Assembly: GCA_022710975.1 (NCBI GenBank)
Contig: JAKLGA010000011.1
Location: 177,842-241,841, forward strand
From: Myxococcota bacterium
GTDB taxonomy: Bacteria; Myxococcota; B64-G9
DNA length: 64,000 nucleotides
Direction of reading: 5' to 3'
Under the pieces are notes generated by a model. It was not told the origin of the DNA and searched no databases. It was given only the letters and a program-made list of their open reading frames with translations. Positions within the stretch are counted from its first letter, which is position 1. Every line of letters starts with the position of its first letter. Both the position numbers and the translations under genes were made by a program. Positions 1-6,690 of the stretch are shown in pieces.

Positions 1-91
1 GCGGACGAGCCGCCGCGCGGTCGAGGCTCGGGGCGCCGGGGCCTGCATGCGGGGGAGACTATCAACGTGACGGGCCAGGGACAAGGAGGAC

Positions 92-149
92 CGTGCTTCG
101 TTCATCGTGCGTCGTGCATCGAGGCACCCCGCACCCCGCACGAAGCACG
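92..149 (-). terminator. Candidate structured 3' end / terminator of the lipoprotein gene: perfect 10-bp inverted repeat
   Basis: CGTGCTTCGT (92-101) is the exact reverse complement of ACGAAGCACG (140-149). It lies 19 nt beyond the stop (168-170) of the minus-strand CDS. The 38-nt spacer is long and there is no U-tract, so it is weak as an intrinsic terminator. Confidence 0.25.
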
Positions 150-167
150 AAGCAAGCAAGGCCGGGC

Positions 168-1058
168 TCAGCTCTCGCTGGGGACGGGCTCGGCGGGCGC
201 GGGTTCAGCCGGGGTGACCACGGGCGGCTCGGGCGCTGGCGCCGCCACGGCCGGGGCGGGCCTGGCGGCCTCTGGCCGCGGCCGGGAGGCCACCAGGAAG
301 CGGGTCTTGGAGACCACCGCCCGGGAGAGCGCGTCGGCGGTGTCCCGCATCAGCTTCTCCTGCATGCCGCGCAGCTTCTGCTCGTTGTGCCACACGTTGA
401 ACTCGTCGCGCGCCTTAACCCGCTCGAAGACCGTGTACAGGATGGTCCCGGTCTTCACGTCGAACAGCGTCGCCTCCATGACCCCGGCCGTCTCCGTGGT
501 CTGGGAGGGCACGAAGAAGGCCGGCAGCACCAGCATGTACATCCAGCCCCAGCCGTTGGTCCAGGTCTCGTCCACGAAGCGGTGGCGGTAGAGCAGCAGG
601 TACTCGACCCGGTAGCGGGCCGCCAACTCGCGCAGGCCCGAGACGCCGCTGTCCGCGGGCCAGTCGCTGGACACCTCGGTGGCCACCTCGAACATGCCCG
701 ACTTCTCCAGGGCCTCGGTCAGCCCGGCCGGCACGTCCACCACCGGCAGGCCGGCGTCCGGCTCGTAGCCCGAGGCCACCTGGATCACCCCCACCCGGGC
801 GTTCGGCTCGAGGAACACCGGCGCGGCCAGCACCTCGCGCAGCCCCTCCTCGGTGATGCTGCCCGAGCGGTCGCGCTGGAAGTGGTTGCGCTCGAGCGCC
901 GCCGGGGCCGCCCGCTCGAGCGGCAGTGGCTCCATGGCCACGGGCCCGAGCGCCTTGCCGGCCGCGCAGCCCCCCAGGCCCGCCAGCCCCGTGCCCAGCG
1001 CCAGGACCAGCGCCAGCGTCGTCAGCCTGCCGACCGTGAGTTCGATCACCTTGCGCAT
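168..1058 (-). CDS. Hypothetical lipoprotein with Pro/Ala-rich C-terminal tail (296 aa)
   Basis: Starts at an internal ATG of track ORF 168..1799. MRKVIELTVGRLTTLALVLALGTGLAGLGGC is a signal peptide plus lipobox. GGAGGAG lies immediately upstream of the ATG. The upstream part of the track ORF is Arg/Gly/Pro-rich junk. Confidence 0.8.
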   Translation of the reverse strand: MRKVIELTVGRLTTLALVLALGTGLAGLGGCAAGKALGPVAMEPLPLERAAPAALERNHFQRDRSGSITEEGLREVLAAPVFLEPNARVGVIQVASGYEPDAGLPVVDVPAGLTEALEKSGMFEVATEVSSDWPADSGVSGLRELAARYRVEYLLLYRHRFVDETWTNGWGWMYMLVLPAFFVPSQTTETAGVMEATLFDVKTGTILYTVFERVKARDEFNVWHNEQKLRGMQEKLMRDTADALSRAVVSKTRFLVASRPRPEAARPAPAVAAPAPEPPVVTPAEPAPAEPVPSES

Positions 1059-1090
1059 GGCTCCTCCTCGTGTTCGACTGCCTGCGTTCT

Positions 1091-1171
1091 GCCGATCCAA
1101 CGCCGCGCGGTCCGCCGGGCTTACACCCGGCCGGGGTGTAAGCCGGATCACAACCGGCGCGTTGGATCGGC
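1091..1171. promoter_or_regulatory. 81-bp nested palindrome in the divergent lipoprotein / ECF-sigma intergenic region
   Basis: The outer arms GCCGATCCAACGC (1091-1103) and GCGTTGGATCGGC (1159-1171) are exact reverse complements. An inner hairpin pairs GGCTTACACCC (1118-1128) with GGGTGTAAGCC (1134-1144) around a 5-nt loop. The right arm ends 1 nt before AGGAGG (1173-1178). Confidence 0.5.
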
Positions 1172-1187
1172 GAGGAGGCAGGCGCCC

Positions 1188-1778
1188 TTGCCCTCGCCGT
1201 TCGCCGACCCGATCTGGCGGGCCGAGGAGGCCCGGGTGGTCGCGCGGGTGCGCGCGGGGGATCGCCTGGCCGGAGAGCAGCTCTACCGGGCCTACGCCGG
1301 GCCGCTGCTCAGGCTGGTGCTGCGCCCGAGGCTCGGCGACCCGGCCGCGGCCGAGGACGCCCTGGCCGAGACCTTCATCGCGGCCTTCCGCGCCCTCGAC
1401 GGGTTCGAGGATCGCGGGGCCGGGCTGTGGCCTTGGCTGGCGCGCATCGCGGTACACAAGGCCATGGACGTGCACCGCGCCCGGGCGCGCGCGGCGCGTG
1501 GCTGCGAGCGCCTGGAGGCGCAGGCACCGCCGCCGCCGCCGGAGACCCCGGCCGAGGCGCTGGAGGCGCTGGACGAGGCGGAGCTCCAGGCGGCCCGGGT
1601 GCGCGCGGCGCTGTCCGGCCTGCACGCGCGCTACCGGGAGGCGCTCGAGCTGCGCTTCCTCCAGGGCCTGGGGCGCGAGGAGTGCGCCCGGCGACTGGCG
1701 GTGAAGCTGGGGACCTTCGACGTGTTGCTGTTGCGGGCGGTGCGGGCCTTCGCCCGCGCCTGGGAACCCGAGGAGTGA
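1188..1778 (+). CDS. ECF-type RNA polymerase sigma-70 family factor (about 196 aa)
   Basis: Tail of track ORF 93..1778. It has a region-2-like LWPWLARIAVHKAMDVHR and a region-4 HTH YREALELRFLQGLGREECARRLAVKLGTFDVLLLRA. There is no in-frame ATG; TTG at 1188 sits 9 nt after AGGAGG. The exact start is uncertain. Confidence 0.8.
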   Translation: MPSPFADPIWRAEEARVVARVRAGDRLAGEQLYRAYAGPLLRLVLRPRLGDPAAAEDALAETFIAAFRALDGFEDRGAGLWPWLARIAVHKAMDVHRARARAARGCERLEAQAPPPPPETPAEALEALDEAELQAARVRAALSGLHARYREALELRFLQGLGREECARRLAVKLGTFDVLLLRAVRAFARAWEPEE

Positions 1779-1781
1779 GCC

Positions 1782-2231
1782 ATGAGCGACCTGCGGCATG
1801 CTCCCGATCCGGACGCGCCCCCCACCCCCGAGGAGGAGGCCGCGGCCGCGGCCCTGGCCGGTGCGCTGGAGCCACGCGCGCCCCAGGCGGTCCCGCCCGA
1901 GCTCGCGGGCGCGCTCGCGGCGCTGCGCGCGGCCGCGCCCGCCGCGCCGGGACAGGCCGCGCCCGCGCGCGTGCTCGCCGCGGTGCCCAGACCGGCCCGG
2001 TGGCGCTGGCTCCTGCCCGTGGGCGGGCTGGCGACCGCGGCGGCCGCGGCCGCGCTGGTGCTGCTGGTCGCGCCCCCGCGCCCGGCCGCGTTGCCCGCGC
2101 CCGGCCGCGAGCTGCTCCTCGCCCAGGCCGAGGCCGCGCGCGGCTCCCCGCGGCCGCTCGAGCGGGCCATGCGCGGCTACCGGCGCGAGGTGTACGCCGC
2201 GCTGCGCACGCGCTACGGGGAGGCGCCATGA
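1782..2231 (+). CDS. Putative anti-sigma factor, single-pass membrane protein (149 aa)
   Basis: The ATG lies 3 nt after the sigma gene stop. It has one hydrophobic helix (WRWLLPVGGLATAAAAAALVLLVA) and an Ala/Pro-rich sequence. Its position directly after an ECF sigma is the main argument. No zinc HxxxCxxC motif is present. Confidence 0.65.
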   Translation: MSDLRHAPDPDAPPTPEEEAAAAALAGALEPRAPQAVPPELAGALAALRAAAPAAPGQAAPARVLAAVPRPARWRWLLPVGGLATAAAAAALVLLVAPPRPAALPAPGRELLLAQAEAARGSPRPLERAMRGYRREVYAALRTRYGEAP

Positions 2232-2728
2232 GCCGGACCGCCGCGCTGGTCGCCGGCCTGCTCCTGGCCGCGTCGCTGCCCGGCTGCGGCCAGGCCGGGG
2301 CGGGCCGCTGGGTGGCCGCGGCCGAGGCCGCGCTCCAGCGCGCGGACGCAGCGCTCGGCCGCGGGGACCTGGACGGCGCGCGGGCGGCGATGCTAGAGAT
2401 CGTGCGTGCCCCGGCGCCCGACGGCGTGGCGCCGGCCGATGCGCGCGCGATCCGCCAGGACGCGGGCTACCTCCTGGCGGGGCTCGAGCTCGAGGCCGGG
2501 CGGCCCGCCGAGGCCCTGGCCGCGGCCGAGCAGGGCCTGGCCCTGGGGCGCGCCGAGGAGGGCGGAGCCGACGTGTTCGAGGCCAACCTGCACATCGTCC
2601 GCGGCCGGGCGCTCGAGGCGCTCGGCCGGCCGGGGGACGCCGCCGCGGCCTACCACCGCGCGCTGCTCATCCAGGAGCGGCTGCTGGCCGAGGCGCTGGG
2701 CCCGGACGCCGGGGGAGGCGCGCCATGA
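2228..2728 (+). CDS. TPR-like lipoprotein (166 aa)
   Basis: The ATG overlaps the upstream stop (ATGA). MSRTAALVAGLLLAASLPGC is a lipobox signal. Helical Ala/Leu-rich repeats end in a TPR-like ...GRPGDAAAAYHRALLIQ. Confidence 0.75.
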   Translation: MSRTAALVAGLLLAASLPGCGQAGAGRWVAAAEAALQRADAALGRGDLDGARAAMLEIVRAPAPDGVAPADARAIRQDAGYLLAGLELEAGRPAEALAAAEQGLALGRAEEGGADVFEANLHIVRGRALEALGRPGDAAAAYHRALLIQERLLAEALGPDAGGGAP

Positions 2729-3138
2729 GGGCGCCCGGCCTGCTGGCCTGGGCCGCGCTCTGCCTGGCCGGCTGCGCCGCGGGCAAGGTGGCCCCGCCCG
2801 GGCCGGGGCCCGAGCCGGCGCGCGCGGCCCGGGACGAGGCCCGCGCGCTCATGGAGCAGCTCAAGGCCCCGGACGGCTACCTGGCGTCGCTGCGGCTCGG
2901 CGCGCTCGAGCCCGAGGATCCCGCCGTGCGCTGCGAGGAGATCTGCACGGCCGCGGGCCAGGTGTGCGAGCTGGCCGGCCGCATCTGCGGCCTGGCCACG
3001 GAGAACCCCGACGAGGGGAGCATCCGCGAGCTGTGCCAGGACGCCGGCCCGCGCTGCGACCACGCCCGCGTGACGGCCTGGAGGGCTTGCGCGTGCGAGA
3101 TTCCGCGGCCCGCTTCCGTCCCTCCCTACTCGGGATGA
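2725..3138 (+). CDS. Small Cys-containing lipoprotein (137 aa)
   Basis: ATGA overlap with the upstream gene. MRAPGLLAWAALCLAGC is a lipobox signal. The mature part carries 7 Cys (CEEICTAAGQVCELAGRICG...CQDAGPRCD...CAC). Confidence 0.75.
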   Translation: MRAPGLLAWAALCLAGCAAGKVAPPGPGPEPARAARDEARALMEQLKAPDGYLASLRLGALEPEDPAVRCEEICTAAGQVCELAGRICGLATENPDEGSIRELCQDAGPRCDHARVTAWRACACEIPRPASVPPYSG

Positions 3139-3440
3139 TTCGGCTCCTGCCCATCGCGCTGCTCGGCTTGCTCGCCTGGGGCGCCTGGATCCTCTTGCGT
3201 CGGCGCAACCGGCTGTTCGAGCTGCGCGTGGAGCGCGGCGGCGGGCTGCGCGTGCGCGGGCAGGTCCCGGGCCGGCGCCTGCCCGACGTGGTGGAGTTCG
3301 TGGCCTCGCTGCGCCTCCGGCCGGGCGCGTGCCTGTGGGGCGTCAAGAGCGACGAGCCGGCCGGCTTCCGGGTGCTCGTCTCGGACGACGTGCCCATGGG
3401 CGTGCAGCAGCAGATCCGGAACTACCTCTACTCGCGGTAG
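3135..3440 (+). CDS. DUF3634-like small membrane-anchored protein (101 aa)
   Basis: ATGA overlap with the upstream gene. It has an N-terminal TM helix (MIRLLPIALLGLLAWGAWILL), then RRRNRLFELRVERGGGLRVRGQVPGRRLPDVVEFV..., which resembles the DUF3634 pattern from memory. Confidence 0.65.
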   Translation: MIRLLPIALLGLLAWGAWILLRRRNRLFELRVERGGGLRVRGQVPGRRLPDVVEFVASLRLRPGACLWGVKSDEPAGFRVLVSDDVPMGVQQQIRNYLYSR

Positions 3441-4183
3441 CCGGCCCAGGGAGCCAGCAGGCTCGGGCCAGGCCAGGAGAAGAGCCGCCGGAGGGCGGCC
3501 TCGGCCTCCAGGTGAGCGCGGATGGCCGAGGCCAGCGCGGACGCCAGGTCCTCGATTCGCCGCGGGTCGGCGAGCAGCCTCTCCTCCTCGGGGTGCACCA
3601 GCACCCCGGCCTCCAGGAGCACCGCCGGCACGTCCGCCTGGGCGAGCTCCCGGACCAGCCGGATGTAGCTGCCCTCGTGGATGCCAGCCGGCCGATCCAG
3701 CCAGGGCCTGCCCTCCCCGGGGATGGGCATGGCGTGGTGCTCGGTGGGCACGCGGCCGTCCTCGCGGAGCGCCCGCGACAGCCTGCGGGCCAGGCGGAAG
3801 GCGATCTGGGGGCGGCGCCCCTGCCAGGACACGAACAGGGAGAAGCCCCTGAACCTCGAGCAGACCGGGCGGTCGCTGGCGGGCTCCAGGAACCCGGGCT
3901 GGACCGAGTCGTGGTGCAGCGAGAGCACGAGCGCGGGGCGCGCGGCCAGCGCGGCCGCGAGGCGGGCCCCGGGCGTGAGCTCCATGCCCGGCTGGCGGGT
4001 CAATGATGTCGGCAGGTCCCCGAGCCGGGCGGCCAGGGCGGCGGCCAGGCGGTCGTTGTACCCGACCTCGTCCTGGCCCGCGGCCGAGCGCGCCCCCGGA
4101 GTGGACGGGGTGTGGCCGGGATCGAGGACCACGCTGGCCGCGGGCGCGACCTGGGCGAGGAGCACGAACAGGACCAGGACCAT
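3428..4183 (-). CDS. N-acetylmuramoyl-L-alanine amidase (Amidase_3 family)
   Basis: Signal peptide followed by VVLDPGHTPSTPGA, LSLHHDS and LLEAGVLVHPEEERLL, as in AmiA/B/C-type zinc amidases. The gene is convergent with the upstream operon and overlaps it by 13 nt. Confidence 0.85.
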   Translation of the reverse strand: MVLVLFVLLAQVAPAASVVLDPGHTPSTPGARSAAGQDEVGYNDRLAAALAARLGDLPTSLTRQPGMELTPGARLAAALAARPALVLSLHHDSVQPGFLEPASDRPVCSRFRGFSLFVSWQGRRPQIAFRLARRLSRALREDGRVPTEHHAMPIPGEGRPWLDRPAGIHEGSYIRLVRELAQADVPAVLLEAGVLVHPEEERLLADPRRIEDLASALASAIRAHLEAEAALRRLFSWPGPSLLAPWAGYRE

Positions 4184-4323
4184 GCGACCAGGATACCCCG
4201 CGCTCGGCCTGCGCGCCAGGCGGGGGAGGCAATCCGCGCCTTTCTATGCTAGAGATCGCTCGTGTGAGGTGGATACGGCTCCGGCCCCCTGCAGGTGGTG
4301 GGCGCGAGCCGGGGAGGCGGATC

Positions 4324-5676
4324 ATGAAGAAGCTGGGCCTGATCCTCGCGGTGCTGCTGGCCTCTCAGCTCGGTGGCTGCTTCTGGTGGGACGAGAACTA
4401 CGACGACGACCGCTGCCTCGATCCCTCGCGCTACCCGGCCTGCACCCCGGACGGCCACGCCTACGCGGAGTGCGTGGACGGCGTGGCGGTGGAGTTCGAG
4501 TGCGGCTGGGAAGAGCTGTGCGTGCAGGGCGAGGACCCGCGCGGGCGCTGGACGGTGTGCCTGCCCGAGGGCGAGGAGCTGTGCGATCCGGCCGACCAGG
4601 AGGCGAGCTGCCACGGGGAGGCCGCGGTGCGGGTGTGCCTGTCGGGCGGCGTGACCAGGACCTACGAGTGCGGCGACGAGGACGTGTGCCTGGTGGGCCC
4701 GCTGGGGGCGGTGTGCGTGCGGCCCGGCTCGGTGCCCTGCGATCCGGAGGACGGCGCGCAGGTGTGCCACGAGGGCGTGCGAGCGAGCTGCAGCCCGCAG
4801 ACCGGCTTCCTCACCCTGGCGGAGGCGTGCGAGGAGGGGCTCACCTGCCGGCTGGGCGCGAGCGGCGCGGTGTGCGCGGAGCCGGACGCGCTGGAGTGCG
4901 ACTACCTGTCCTTCCACTCCAGCTGCACGGACGAGAGCACCTACCTGGGCTGCTCGGCCATGAACGGCTTCACCCAGCACTGGGACTGCGCCGTCGGCTG
5001 GCGCTGCCGCCAGGGGCCGAGCGTGGCCGGCTGCTTCCCCCCGGATCAGCCCGACTGCGATCCGGCCACCTTCATGGCCCGCTGCGAGGGCCCGGACCGG
5101 CGGGTGTGCGGGAACTACGGGGTGGAGGAGACGCTCACCTGCCCGTTCGAGCTGCCCTGCCAGGAGGGGGCCTACGGCCCGGTGTGCGTGGATCCCGAGG
5201 CGGAGGCCTGCAACCCGGCCCTGTTCGAGCCGGTCTGCGACGGGGCGGATCAGGTGCTGTGCGCCTCCGGCAGCGGCTTCACCACCCGGCTCACCTGCTC
5301 GGCGGGCGAGATCTGCGTGCCGGACGCCGGCCCCTGGAGTTTCACCGGGCTGACCTGCGTGGACCCCGGGAGCCCGACGTGCGACCGGCCGGGTGAGTTC
5401 TGGTGCGAGGTGGACCGGGCGGTGATCTGCTCGGGTGGCTACCGCCAGGAGGCGATGTGCGATCCGGGCCGGGTGTGCGTGGCGGACGCGGAGCTCTACC
5501 TGTGCCTGCCCGCGGACTCGCCCACCTGCGACGTGGCCAGCTACAGCCCGCACTGCGAGGACAACGCCGCGCACACCTGCTTCGGGGGGCCCGGCCGAGA
5601 GATCATCTGGCCCTGCGGGGACGCGGCCACCTGCGCGGTCCTGCCCGACGGCACCCTGACCTGCCAGCCGATCTGA
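4324..5676 (+). CDS. Cys-rich repeat lipoprotein (450 aa)
   Basis: MKKLGLILAVLLASQLGGC is a lipobox signal, and GGGGAGG lies upstream of the ATG. The mature protein consists of eight roughly 50-aa six-Cys modules. Confidence 0.85.
   Translation: MKKLGLILAVLLASQLGGCFWWDENYDDDRCLDPSRYPACTPDGHAYAECVDGVAVEFECGWEELCVQGEDPRGRWTVCLPEGEELCDPADQEASCHGEAAVRVCLSGGVTRTYECGDEDVCLVGPLGAVCVRPGSVPCDPEDGAQVCHEGVRASCSPQTGFLTLAEACEEGLTCRLGASGAVCAEPDALECDYLSFHSSCTDESTYLGCSAMNGFTQHWDCAVGWRCRQGPSVAGCFPPDQPDCDPATFMARCEGPDRRVCGNYGVEETLTCPFELPCQEGAYGPVCVDPEAEACNPALFEPVCDGADQVLCASGSGFTTRLTCSAGEICVPDAGPWSFTGLTCVDPGSPTCDRPGEFWCEVDRAVICSGGYRQEAMCDPGRVCVADAELYLCLPADSPTCDVASYSPHCEDNAAHTCFGGPGREIIWPCGDAATCAVLPDGTLTCQPI
4414..5673 (+). 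repeat. Eight tandem, degenerate six-cysteine coding modules (about 50 aa each)
   Basis: Modules start at CLDPSRYP, CDPADQEA, CDPEDGAQ, CDYLSFHS, CDPATFMA, CNPALFEP, CDRPGEFW and CDVASYSP. Each has 6 Cys with similar spacing. Confidence 0.75.
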
Positions 5677-5935
5677 GCGCCGCCGCGACTCCCGAGTGAC
5701 CGCTCTGAGCGAGGTCCGCCTCGATGGCTTCGGGCATCACTGAGGCCCCCTCTTGGTGCCAGGGATTTCTTGAAGCCCCCGAAGAATAGCTTGCTGGCCA
5801 GCGCCATGCCTTCGTCCCGCATACAGTGTTGCCGACCAGAACGAAGTCGGGTGGGGCGGGACAGCTCCGCTGCACTCGCTCTCCCCTTCGGGAACTGGTT
5901 TCCTGGCTACGCGGCGCTCGTTTGCTCCGCTGCTC

Positions 5936-6040
5936 CGCGGTCCTCCTCCGTCGAGGGCACCTGACACCAACGACCAAGGTGCCCTCTCTGGACGAGGACC
6001 GCTCCGCCTACGGCTTGTGCCATTCGCAGGTTCCGTAGGC
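5936..6040. other. Two adjacent stem-loops inside a lower-GC 570-bp intergenic island (possible ncRNA or gene relic)
   Basis: Hairpin 1 has the core GAGGGCACCT (5953-5962) / AGGTGCCCTC (5977-5986) with a 14-nt loop, extendable imperfectly to about 5936-6004. Hairpin 2 pairs GCCTACGG (6006-6013) with CCGTAGGC (6033-6040). Confidence 0.35.
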
Positions 6041-6245
6041 ATCTGGGACCTCGTCGCGGGATCCAGGCTCCTGGTGCAGGTTCATCGAGGCAGGGCAAGA
6101 CGGAGATGCAGCCAGGTTCCCTCCCTCGAGGAAGGCCCGGAGCGATTCACACACGGAGGATCGGCCAACGTCCCCGCCGCGGCCGAGGCGTCCTGCGCGC
6201 CTGGTTCAAGGGGGACAGGGAACTGCTGGGGCAACTGATGGGGGC

Positions 6246-6629
6246 TCAGCCGTCCTGGCTCGTGGCCTGGTCGGCCCAGGCCCGGATGGCCGCGGCGCTC
6301 TGGAAATCGAGGTCCACGAAGCGCAGGCCCATGCCAGGCGTGAAGCGCGCGGCCGGGGAGTACAGCCGCCGCCAGACCACCTGGCAGGTGCAGCGCACCA
6401 CCCGGTCCGAGTCGGGCAGCGCGAACTCCACCTCGAGCTCGCTGCCCTTCTTCGGCGCGTTCATGGTGGCGACGAACAGGCCGCTGCGGCTGAGGTTGTG
6501 CAGGTGGCCGAGGAAGGTCTTGCGCCCGTCCTCGACCCGGATCTGGCGGACGACGACCGTGGAGCGCGGGCTGCGGCGGCGCTCGGGCTTGGCCTTCCTG
6601 GCGGGCGGCGGGGCGTCGTCCTTCCCCAT
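6246..6629 (-). CDS. PilZ domain protein (c-di-GMP receptor family)
   Basis: RRRSPRSTVVVRQIRV plus ...NLSRSGLFVAT... matches the RxxxR ... (D/N)xSxxG PilZ signature. Length is 127 aa. Confidence 0.85.
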   Translation of the reverse strand: MGKDDAPPPARKAKPERRRSPRSTVVVRQIRVEDGRKTFLGHLHNLSRSGLFVATMNAPKKGSELEVEFALPDSDRVVRCTCQVVWRRLYSPAARFTPGMGLRFVDLDFQSAAAIRAWADQATSQDG

Positions 6630-6690
6630 GTGGCCATGATTCGCCGGCGCCGTGGCCGCGTCAAGTCGCTCGCGCCGGACGCGGGTCGGC

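Noticed and set aside
4003-4323. N-terminal extensions offered by the track for several genes, e.g. 4003..4323, 8926..8994, 12541..12582, 43841..44269, 32227..32703 and 37287..39893.
   Set aside because: The extensions are Arg/Pro/Gly-rich, lack SD sites and often run through the neighbouring gene or promoter. Internal starts give canonical signal peptides or lipoboxes, or N-terminal family motifs preceded by GGAGG-type sites.
5541-6098. Short ORFs inside the 5.7-6.2 kb island (5541..5822-, 5603..5977-, 5737..6042-, 5770..5964+, 5826..6038+, 5907..6098-).
   Set aside because: They have no SD sites, mutually overlap, and give low-complexity or non-protein-like translations. Some start with GTG inside hairpins. 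The region is treated as non-coding, and a decayed gene cannot be excluded.
6203-6210. tRNA T-loop-like GGTTCAAG in the low-GC island.
   Set aside because: No flanking acceptor, anticodon or T-stem complementarity could be found around it. It is an isolated 8-mer.
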